This document shows positions 9,233 through 16,345 of a stretch of 31,854 nt of DNA, one piece after another. The DNA is from Methanobacteriota archaeon. Lineage in GTDB: Archaea > Hydrothermarchaeota > Hydrothermarchaeia > Hydrothermarchaeales > JACRDW01. The translations under genes were made by a program, and so were the position numbers. How positions within the stretch are numbered: the stretch's first letter is position 1; every line of letters starts with the position of its first letter. The stretch is from contig JBDRDL010000025.1 of NCBI GenBank assembly GCA_043820925.1, positions 1 through 31,854 on the forward strand. Reading direction: 5' to 3'. Under the pieces are notes generated by a model. The model had not been told where the DNA came from and made no database searches. It saw only the letters and a program-made list of their open reading frames with translations.

Positions 9233-10318
9233 TTAGCTCAAAACACTACTGAATTTACGCAGGAACTCCCTATTTTCAGCCATCGTTCCGATGCTTACCC
9301 TGAGGTAGTATTTGTTTAATTTAAAGGAGCTGCATTCCCTGGTGATGATTCCCTCTTTATACAAAGCTTCGGCTACCTCACAAGCTTTTTTTCCTGTCCT
9401 CTCGAGATTTATCAGCAGGAAATTTGCTTTTGAGGGATATACCACAATGCCCTCTATCCTCGAAAGCTCCCTTACTAAAAATTCCCTTCCTTCCCTTACA
9501 GTCTTAATGCTCCTGTCGAGGTGTTTTTTGTCTCTCAAAGCGCCTACCGCTGCTTTTTGAGAGAGAATATTCACATTGAACGGCAGCTTTATCCTGAGCA
9601 TGTAGTCTATTATCTTTTTATCCGCAACGCCGTAGCCGACCCTAGCGCCTGCCAGTCCAAAAGCCTTGGAAAATGTGCGCAAAACTATTAGATTTTCAAA
9701 TTCGTTCACGAGCTTTACGTGCGACGTGCCCGCAAATTCAACATAAGCTTCGTCGAGAATTAAGATAATGTCATTCCTTAAAATTCTTCTCAAATCCTCT
9801 TCTGAAATCACGCTTCCTGTAGGGTTGTTGGGCGAGCAGATAAAAACCAGCTTAGTTTTTTTGTTGATTTTTTTTACAATCTCCTCGCAGTCGAATCGAA
9901 AATTCTCATCCAGCGGAGCTAAGACAGGCTTGCCGGAGTAGAGCTTTACCAGATTCTGGTATAAAGAAAAAGTCGGCACCGGAATAATTGCTTCCTCTCC
10001 CTCATTCAGGAAAAGTTTTACTCCTAATTCTAAAATCTCGTCCGAGCCGTTCCCGGCTATTATGCACTTTTTGTCAATACCTATATACCTGGAAAGCTCT
10101 TCCCTGAGCTCAGAAGCATCTGCATCCGGATAGGCATGCACCTGCGGGGCAAACTTCACAATCTGCGCAACCGCTTTTTTTGGTGCTCCCAGAGGATTCT
10201 CGTTAGATGCCAGCTTTATTATCTTGTTCAATTTTAACCCGTATTTCCTTGCGATTTCTTCTTTTGATTTCCCGGGTACATAGGGTGGTATTTTTTTTAC
10301 ATTATTTCTTATTTTCAT
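9233..10318 (-). CDS. hisC: Histidinol-phosphate aminotransferase
   Basis: KLASNENP, GNGSDE, SPNNPTG, DEAY, RTFSKAFGLAGARVGY. Confidence 0.95.
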   Translation of the reverse strand: MKIRNNVKKIPPYVPGKSKEEIARKYGLKLNKIIKLASNENPLGAPKKAVAQIVKFAPQVHAYPDADASELREELSRYIGIDKKCIIAGNGSDEILELGVKLFLNEGEEAIIPVPTFSLYQNLVKLYSGKPVLAPLDENFRFDCEEIVKKINKKTKLVFICSPNNPTGSVISEEDLRRILRNDIILILDEAYVEFAGTSHVKLVNEFENLIVLRTFSKAFGLAGARVGYGVADKKIIDYMLRIKLPFNVNILSQKAAVGALRDKKHLDRSIKTVREGREFLVRELSRIEGIVVYPSKANFLLINLERTGKKACEVAEALYKEGIITRECSSFKLNKYYLRVSIGTMAENREFLRKFSSVLS

Positions 10319-11475
10319 TTTTCACCTGCCAAAACTCTGTCAAAAGTCGCAACGACTTTATCTAACTGCTCCTTCTCGACAACCAGAGGAGGCAGAAATC
10401 TTACAACCTTATCGCTGGTGCAGTTCAAAAGTACTCCCTTCTCCCTTGCTTTATCAACCACATCTGCGCACTCGATGCTGAGTTCTACTCCAATCATCAA
10501 ACCACACCCTCTTACTTCCTTTATTACTTCATGCTTTTCTTTCAGTTTTTCCAGACTTGCTTTGAAGTAGCTTCCGAGTTTTTTCGCTCTTTCTGCAAGC
10601 CTCTCCTCCAGGATTGCCTCAACAGCAGCCTTTGCGGCAGCGCATGCCAGATGATTGCCTCCAAATGTTGAGGCATGGTCTCCCTTTTGAAAAGCATCCA
10701 TTATTTCAGGCTTCGCTAACATAGCGCCAATTGGAAAACCTCCGCCCAGAGCCTTCGCTACCGTGAATATATCTGGCTTTACTTTGAATAGCTTCCAGGC
10801 AAAGATTTCTCCAACCCTTCCAAAGCCTGTTTGCACCTCGTCCAGTACAAGTAATATTCCCTCCTCGTTGCAGAGCTCTCTAACCTCTCTGAGATAATCC
10901 TTCGGAGGAAGTATAACGCCTCCTTCTCCCTGAATTGGCTCCAGAAGTACTGCAGCAGTTTTATCGCCGACTGCATTTCTCAGCTCCTCGATACTGCCAA
11001 ACTCTACGTGCGAGAATTCCCTGCACAAAGGCTCAAAGCCTTTCTTGTACTTCTCCTGTCCCGTGGCGCTGAGCGTGAGTATGGTGCGCCCGTGGAAAGA
11101 ATTTTTTGCTGCGATTATCTCGCTTTTGCCAGTGTACTTTCTCACCAGCTTTATCGCAGCCTCATTAGCTTCTGCGCCGCTATTGCAGAAGAAGGATTTG
11201 TAGCCACCTGAGATTTTGTAGAGCAGCTCTGCCAGCTCGATTTGCGGCAGAATGTAGTACAAGTTAGAAGTATGCACGATTTTTTTTGCCTGCTCGTTTA
11301 TAGCCCTGAGCACCTTTGGGTGCGAGTGACCCACGTTGAGCACAGCTAAACCCGAGAAGCAGTCGATATATTTCCTTCCCTCAGAGTCCTTCACTATCGC
11401 TCCTCTTCCTTCAACCAATGCAATCGGCTGCTTTCTGTAAGTCTGTGCCAGGTATTTTTCGTCTTTTTCGAACAC
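10315..11475 (-). CDS. argD: Acetylornithine aminotransferase (class III); start uncertain (GTG 11475 or ATG 11565)
   Basis: FFCNSGAEANEAAIK, SFHGRT, EPIQGEGG, DEVQTGFGR, AKALGGG, HASTFGGN. Confidence 0.92.
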   Translation of the reverse strand: MFEKDEKYLAQTYRKQPIALVEGRGAIVKDSEGRKYIDCFSGLAVLNVGHSHPKVLRAINEQAKKIVHTSNLYYILPQIELAELLYKISGGYKSFFCNSGAEANEAAIKLVRKYTGKSEIIAAKNSFHGRTILTLSATGQEKYKKGFEPLCREFSHVEFGSIEELRNAVGDKTAAVLLEPIQGEGGVILPPKDYLREVRELCNEEGILLVLDEVQTGFGRVGEIFAWKLFKVKPDIFTVAKALGGGFPIGAMLAKPEIMDAFQKGDHASTFGGNHLACAAAKAAVEAILEERLAERAKKLGSYFKASLEKLKEKHEVIKEVRGCGLMIGVELSIECADVVDKAREKGVLLNCTSDKVVRFLPPLVVEKEQLDKVVATFDRVLAGEK

Positions 11476-11632
11476 TCCTTCGGTCGCTCTTTTCTTTCGC
11501 TCCCTCGGTCGTTCTCGACCCTTGCGTGAGCAAGATTTCCGATAGGAAGCTGGCATAACTACCATCTTCCTTGCGGAAGACCGTGAGTCTTGCGCACTAC
11601 CTTGCGGTAGAGAAAGCTTGAGCTTCGCTCAA
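11476..11632. repeat. Composite mini-hairpin repeat cluster at argD 5' end, flanked by 9-bp direct repeat
   Basis: tttcgaaca at 11466-11474 and 11633-11641; contains unit A (11521-11535 + 11581-11610) interrupted by unit B (11537-11579). Confidence 0.85.
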
Positions 11633-11660
11633 TTTCGAACATAAGCATACCTTACGAATC

Positions 11661-11676
11661 CTTTATATTTATTAAT
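11661..11676. promoter_or_regulatory. AT-rich TATA-like element of the divergent argD / MgtC-DUF4010 promoter region
   Basis: ctttatatttattaat lies about 20-30 nt from ATG 11642 (-) and ATG 11693 (+). Confidence 0.45.
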
Positions 11677-11692
11677 GTCGTTTTTTCTATGC

Positions 11693-12931
11693 ATGGACAC
11701 AGAATTCATTAAAATGCTGGCAATCTCCATGGCTGTCGGGGGCTTGCTGGGAATAGAGCGAGAGCTGAAGCCACAAACAGTCGCAGGAATGAGAACCTTC
11801 ATGCTTGCCTCGATGCTGGGCATGCTCAGCGTGTTCATATCCGAAGTCCTGGGTGAGAGATATTTCATTCTCATAGCTTTCTCAGGAATTATTCTAATTA
11901 CTATTTTGGTCGGAATTATTAAGAATTACAAGCTGGACGACATCGGCGTAACGACGCCTGTAGCGCTGCCGCTTGCTTTCATGCTTGGGATTTTGGTTGG
12001 AAAGGGCTACTTCCTCGAAAGCGCCGCCGGCAGCGTTATAATTACAGGCATACTTATTTCCAAGAAGTACTCAAAGGAATTTTCAGAGACACTGACGCAG
12101 CGGGAGATCATAAGTGCGCTTCAATTCGGACTAATCGTTTTCGTGCTCTACCCAGTCGTGCCCAGCGAAACTATCTTCTTCCTGAATCTGAAGATTCTCA
12201 TATTAGTCATTATATTGGTCGCAAGCATAGGTTTTGCGGGTTTTATAGCTCTCAAAAAGGTAGGCGCAGAGAGAGGGCTTCCAATCATAGGAGCTCTGGG
12301 AGGACTGGTGAACAGCGAGGCGACGACCAGCGCATTAGCTGCAAGGGCAAGAGAAAGGGAAGAGCTGACATCTCCTGCCATGCTTGGAGTAGTGCTCACA
12401 AACGTCGTAATGCTCGGGAGAAATTTAGTGATAGCAGGTTTTATAAGCTTAGCGGTTTTAAAGCTGATGCTACTTCCCCAGCTTGCCATGATTGCAGTTG
12501 GCATGCTCTACTCGTACTTCCTAAAGCCGAAGAAAGGTCAAAAAGATGTGCAGATTTCTCTCGAGTCGCCGTTTGCAATTATACCAGCTGTCAAGTTTGC
12601 GGTGCTGTTTTCTATAATCTCCCTGGCAGTCAATTATCTCAAAGACTTCGGAGCAGGCAGCGTTTATGCTGCGGCTGCACTTGGAGGATTAGTTAGCAGC
12701 GCAGCTGTTACTGCCTCACTGGCTTCTCTTGGCACCGTAAAAGCGCTGGATTTGGGTGTAGCTGCCTCCGGGTGCGTGCTCAGCGCAGTAGGCAGTGCCT
12801 TTGGAAAGCTGATAATCAGCTGGATAAGCGGGTCGCCCGCCCTTACCAGAGAGCTTTCAAAGCCCATGCTTGCTACAGTATTCATCGGCTTAGCCGCCAT
12901 TGCGTTAGCAAGTAAAGCCTTTTCTACGTAG
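11693..12931 (+). CDS. MgtC/SapB family membrane protein with DUF4010 domain
   Basis: GLLGIERE...AGMRTF, GVTT, two GGLV(N/S)S.A.T repeats, many TM helices. Confidence 0.88.
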   Translation: MDTEFIKMLAISMAVGGLLGIERELKPQTVAGMRTFMLASMLGMLSVFISEVLGERYFILIAFSGIILITILVGIIKNYKLDDIGVTTPVALPLAFMLGILVGKGYFLESAAGSVIITGILISKKYSKEFSETLTQREIISALQFGLIVFVLYPVVPSETIFFLNLKILILVIILVASIGFAGFIALKKVGAERGLPIIGALGGLVNSEATTSALAARAREREELTSPAMLGVVLTNVVMLGRNLVIAGFISLAVLKLMLLPQLAMIAVGMLYSYFLKPKKGQKDVQISLESPFAIIPAVKFAVLFSIISLAVNYLKDFGAGSVYAAAALGGLVSSAAVTASLASLGTVKALDLGVAASGCVLSAVGSAFGKLIISWISGSPALTRELSKPMLATVFIGLAAIALASKAFST

Positions 12932-13046
12932 AAAAGTCTTTAGCCAAAAGACCCACAATCGCCAAAGGCGATTGCTCCAAGGGTCTCGGCACGAACCAGC
13001 ATTCGTACTAGCCCGTACGAAAAGCTTGCTGGTGAAGTGCTGAGAG
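12913..13046. repeat. Hairpin-rich repeat cluster between MgtC gene and tmk (includes unit C)
   Basis: 30-bp palindrome 12913-12942; agaccc..caatcgcc-aaa-ggcgattg..gggtct 12949-12986; unit C 12987-13043 similar to 22863-22919. Confidence 0.8.
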
Positions 13047-13057
13047 GTGGATTCAAA

Positions 13058-13699
13058 ATGTTCATTGCGTTAGAGGGAATCGACGGATGCGGGAAAACTA
13101 CTCTTGCGAAAGAGCTTGCAAAAAAAGGATATATAGTTACTCAGGAGCCTTTTTTGAGCTGCACCGCAGAGGTAATCTCAAAAACAAAAAATCCTGAGAC
13201 AAGGGAGCTTGCTTTTTACATTGACCGCCTCTACCATCTCGAGCAGTTCATAATTCCGAATTTGAATAAAACAGTAATTACTGACAGGTACAAGTACTCC
13301 CAGATAGCCTATGCCTATGCAAGATATCGGGGCATACCGCAGGTAGTGCGCAAGAATTCCGTAAGGAAGCTGGCATGTCTGCCATTCTTTCTTGCGAAAG
13401 CTCACGGTCTTGCTTACGCAAGTGAAATATATGATAGAGTGGTCGAGCTCAACAAAAAAGTACTTGAGCCTGACATCGTAATTCTCCTTGATTTGCCTGC
13501 TGCAGATGCCCTCGCAAGAAAGCCGGTGCAAGCAATAGATTTCTTGGAAATAGTAAGAAAAAAGTATCTGGAAATGGCAGATGAGCACTTGCGCAAGCAA
13601 GAGCGTGAGTCTTGCGCACTAGCTCCGCTATGGTTCATAATAGACGCAAGGCAGGAAAAGAAAGAAATTCTTTCAGAAGTGCTGAAAATAATAAAATAA
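13058..13699 (+). CDS. tmk: Thymidylate kinase carrying two in-frame repeat-derived insertions
   Basis: FIALEGIDGCGKTT P-loop, TQEP, DR..H, TDRY.YSQIAY, PDIVILLD; GAGGTGG RBS. Confidence 0.88.
   Translation: MFIALEGIDGCGKTTLAKELAKKGYIVTQEPFLSCTAEVISKTKNPETRELAFYIDRLYHLEQFIIPNLNKTVITDRYKYSQIAYAYARYRGIPQVVRKNSVRKLACLPFFLAKAHGLAYASEIYDRVVELNKKVLEPDIVILLDLPAADALARKPVQAIDFLEIVRKKYLEMADEHLRKQERESCALAPLWFIIDARQEKKEILSEVLKIIK
13335..13422 (-). repeat. Unit A (reverse) with nested unit B, in-frame inside tmk
   Basis: Flanks reverse-complement to cttgcgtaagcaagaccgtgagtcttgcgcactacctgcggta; inner 13357-13400 matches 11537-11579. Confidence 0.9.
13588..13630 (+). repeat. Uninterrupted unit A, in-frame inside tmk
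   Basis: cttgcgcaagcaagagcgtgagtcttgcgcactagctccgcta. Confidence 0.9.
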
Positions 13700-13700
13700 A

Positions 13701-14162
13701 TCATGGAAGAGTTGCAGCAGAAATCTCTTTCAATACCTCATCAATTATCTTGGGCATCGCTTTTTGAAGTTTTGGCGAGAGTTCAAGACCGAACTCCAGG
13801 CTCTCTGGCTCCACACCTATTATAACAATCTCGGGCGGAAGTTTATATCCGTGCTCCAACTTTAACACATCAATAAAATCCATGTCATGCAAACTGAGCT
13901 TGATATCGCTGTGCAAATTTTTATTGAATCGAAATTTATATATTGTGCCGGGCTCTTTATCGCCTTTGTATGCATCGATTATAATCGCTTTATCTTTTTG
14001 ATCTATACTCTCAAGTACAAGAAAAGCACGGGTAGCGCAGTCGTAAGTTTCGACATTGCTGGAGAGCTTTTTTTTCTTGAGCTCTTCGATGACGTGTATA
14101 CCAACACCTTCATCTTTCAGCAACAGGTTGCCTATACCAACAACTGCAATTTTCTTTGACAT
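13701..14162 (-). CDS. Hydrogenase maturation protease (HyaD/VhtD type)
   Basis: GIGNLLLKDEGVG, IIIDA, SLHD, GVEP....GLELS. Confidence 0.93.
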   Translation of the reverse strand: MSKKIAVVGIGNLLLKDEGVGIHVIEELKKKKLSSNVETYDCATRAFLVLESIDQKDKAIIIDAYKGDKEPGTIYKFRFNKNLHSDIKLSLHDMDFIDVLKLEHGYKLPPEIVIIGVEPESLEFGLELSPKLQKAMPKIIDEVLKEISAATLP

Positions 14163-14169
14163 GTGCGAT

Positions 14170-14808
14170 TCAAACTCTAACCGTGTCTTCCCCTGTATCT
14201 TCCCCGAAAATCATGGATTTAAGCAAGCTGCGGTTCACCGGTATCAGTGCTAAATATATGTGCGCCATCAGCGAGAATATGAAGTAGTAGAAGCAGGCGA
14301 GGTGTATGGTTCTTGTCAGTGTAAGACTCCAGTAGTTGAGGATAAACCCTAGTGTAGTCCCCTGTCCATAGTAAAGCCCGAGACCAGTGACTGCCATGAG
14401 AATAAGTATGAAGAAGTCTCCCCAGCGGATGAACTTTATGGCTGGGTGATACTTGACGCTGTATTCTCTTTTCCCGGTGTTCCAGACATGGTACTTCGGA
14501 TACTTCTTGGTAATTCCCAGAAAATTAAAGACGATGGTGAAGAAATTACCGATATCGCTGGGATATATTATAGAGAGCTTAAGTTCCGCTGGCTTGGCTA
14601 TCCAGAAATAAATCGGAAGGACTATGCTTACCATGATTATTCCAAAGGCAGCTATCATGTGCAGCGAAATATTGGTTGCATAGTCTGAGAAGAGGTAGAC
14701 GCCATCGTAGATTCCATAGCCGGTGATTATCAGCAGAAACATAAACAGGGCATGCGCCCAGTGCATGAATCTGCTTTCCGAAGCATGCCTCTCTATTTTT
14801 TCGGCCAT
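14170..14808 (-). CDS. [NiFe] hydrogenase b-type cytochrome subunit (VhtC/HyaC-like)
   Basis: RFMHW.H....LIITG, LH, KYHP, IH...AHIY, SMIFG; four TM helices. Confidence 0.88.
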   Translation of the reverse strand: MAEKIERHASESRFMHWAHALFMFLLIITGYGIYDGVYLFSDYATNISLHMIAAFGIIMVSIVLPIYFWIAKPAELKLSIIYPSDIGNFFTIVFNFLGITKKYPKYHVWNTGKREYSVKYHPAIKFIRWGDFFILILMAVTGLGLYYGQGTTLGFILNYWSLTLTRTIHLACFYYFIFSLMAHIYLALIPVNRSLLKSMIFGEDTGEDTVRV

Positions 14809-14812
14809 CTAC

Positions 14813-16342
14813 CTACCTCCAGCAGCCCGTTGCTTCGATAGAGTACTTCTTTCCGCCTGGCATTATCATATGCACAGTGCATGCAAGGCACGGATCGAAG
14901 GACCTTATTGTTCTCAAGATGTTTATCGGGTCTTTGTTGTCTGGCACAGGTACGCCTATCAGCGCCTCTTCAATTGATCCTCTTTTGCCGTTGTTGTCCC
15001 TGGGCGTGGTATTCCAGCCCGTACCTGCGATTACCTGATATCTGTTGATTAGCTTGTTCTTTATGTATGTCCAGTGCCCTGTTGCTCCTCTTGGAGCCTC
15101 CCAGAGTCCAACTCCTAGGCCCGAATCAGGTACTTTAAACGGTGTGTATGTCTTTACATTGCCTGCCTTTAGAGCAGCAAGCAACTCGCCTTTCAGACCG
15201 TTGCCCTCAAAGAGACCTACACCCAGGACCCAGTCCCTCAGGAACAGGGTTTCTTGCGCCCTTGCGAGTATTCGGTTGAGCGTTGAGCTCTTGTTAGCCC
15301 CGCCTCCTAGCTTCTTTCTCAGGTCAAAGGGGTCTAAGCCAGCAGCAACCAGCCTTGCCAGAGGTCCTGACTCGACCGGCATCCCAGCATATCTCGGTGC
15401 CTTCGCCCAGGAGTATGCTCCTTCCTTTCCATACGCTGGCGTCGGTGGCGGAGCGTCTCTCGTGGGAACACCGCCAGATGCGTCTGTGTACCATGAGTAC
15501 TTAACGTCTTCTGTGACCTTCTTCTCGTCCATGGGTATCACTTTGGTGCCATCATAAACGCCCCTCGGCTCAAGCTGCGAGCCATCTTTCATGTCATAGA
15601 CACCGAAACTGATGAAGTTCCCGTGGCTTACGCCCCATTCGTTTGCCTTTCCCTTAAGCAATGCATAGGCAGCTATGTCTACTACGTCGTTTAGCACATG
15701 CCCGAGTGTCATGTCATTTGGTTTTCCTGCCAGCTTTCTCTCGAGCACTGCAGGCAGGTTCTCCGTGGGACCTACCCAGTCTGAAACCTCCATGCCTATC
15801 GTTACTACTCTCAGGGCGTCGTTCACTGTCGGCACAAAAGTTGCGCCACCAGCGACTGGTGTCATGTTGTGCGGTACCTTTCCGCCGAGGATTGCAAGTG
15901 CTTCGTGCAGCTTTCTCTGCATCTTGTACGCCTCTATGTAGGCTGCACCTGTGATTGGGTTAAGTCTCGTTAACCCATTGCCTGTAACTGCATCGCTGTA
16001 GTCTGGGCCGCTCAGCACATAGATGTGCAGTGCATGCGAATAGATAGTGGTAATTGCTTCGATCAAATTTCTAAGTATTCTGGCACCTTCAGGTATTTTC
16101 ACCCCGGCAGCGTCCTCTAATGCTCTTAGCGCCGTTATCCTGTGGACTTCGTGGCAGACCCCGCAGATTCTCGATGTCAGCACCGGGGCATCTCTCGGGT
16201 CCCTGCCCACAAGTATCCTCTCCATACCCCTGAACATTGTGCTCTCGCTGTGCGCCTCCTTCACGACGCTGTTTTCGACCTCTACAGTCACGCCAAGGTG
16301 TCCTTCAAGTCTTGTTACCGGATCAATTTTTATCGTTACCAT
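14813..16342 (-). CDS. Group 1 [NiFe] hydrogenase large subunit (VhtA-like)
   Basis: IDPVTRLEGH, L1 SRICGVC, EAPRG, L2 RSFDPCLACTVH plus cleavable C-terminal tail. Confidence 0.96.
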   Translation of the reverse strand: MVTIKIDPVTRLEGHLGVTVEVENSVVKEAHSESTMFRGMERILVGRDPRDAPVLTSRICGVCHEVHRITALRALEDAAGVKIPEGARILRNLIEAITTIYSHALHIYVLSGPDYSDAVTGNGLTRLNPITGAAYIEAYKMQRKLHEALAILGGKVPHNMTPVAGGATFVPTVNDALRVVTIGMEVSDWVGPTENLPAVLERKLAGKPNDMTLGHVLNDVVDIAAYALLKGKANEWGVSHGNFISFGVYDMKDGSQLEPRGVYDGTKVIPMDEKKVTEDVKYSWYTDASGGVPTRDAPPPTPAYGKEGAYSWAKAPRYAGMPVESGPLARLVAAGLDPFDLRKKLGGGANKSSTLNRILARAQETLFLRDWVLGVGLFEGNGLKGELLAALKAGNVKTYTPFKVPDSGLGVGLWEAPRGATGHWTYIKNKLINRYQVIAGTGWNTTPRDNNGKRGSIEEALIGVPVPDNKDPINILRTIRSFDPCLACTVHMIMPGGKKYSIEATGCWR

Positions 16343-16345
16343 GGT

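Noticed and set aside
11466..11642. Bulge-helix-bulge intron explanation for the argD 5' insertion
   Set aside because: The two UUCGAA copies can pair, but I could not build a 4-bp helix with two 3-nt bulges and flanking helices in any register tried; target duplication fits better
11476..13630. CRISPR array or tRNA interpretation of the hairpin repeats
   Set aside because: Copies are dispersed, nested and degenerate with no regular repeat-spacer period; no cloverleaf or T-loop consensus; no cas genes
14813..14900. Selenocysteine ([NiFeSe]) variant of the hydrogenase
   Set aside because: L2 motif is DPCLAC with ordinary Cys codons and no in-frame TGA
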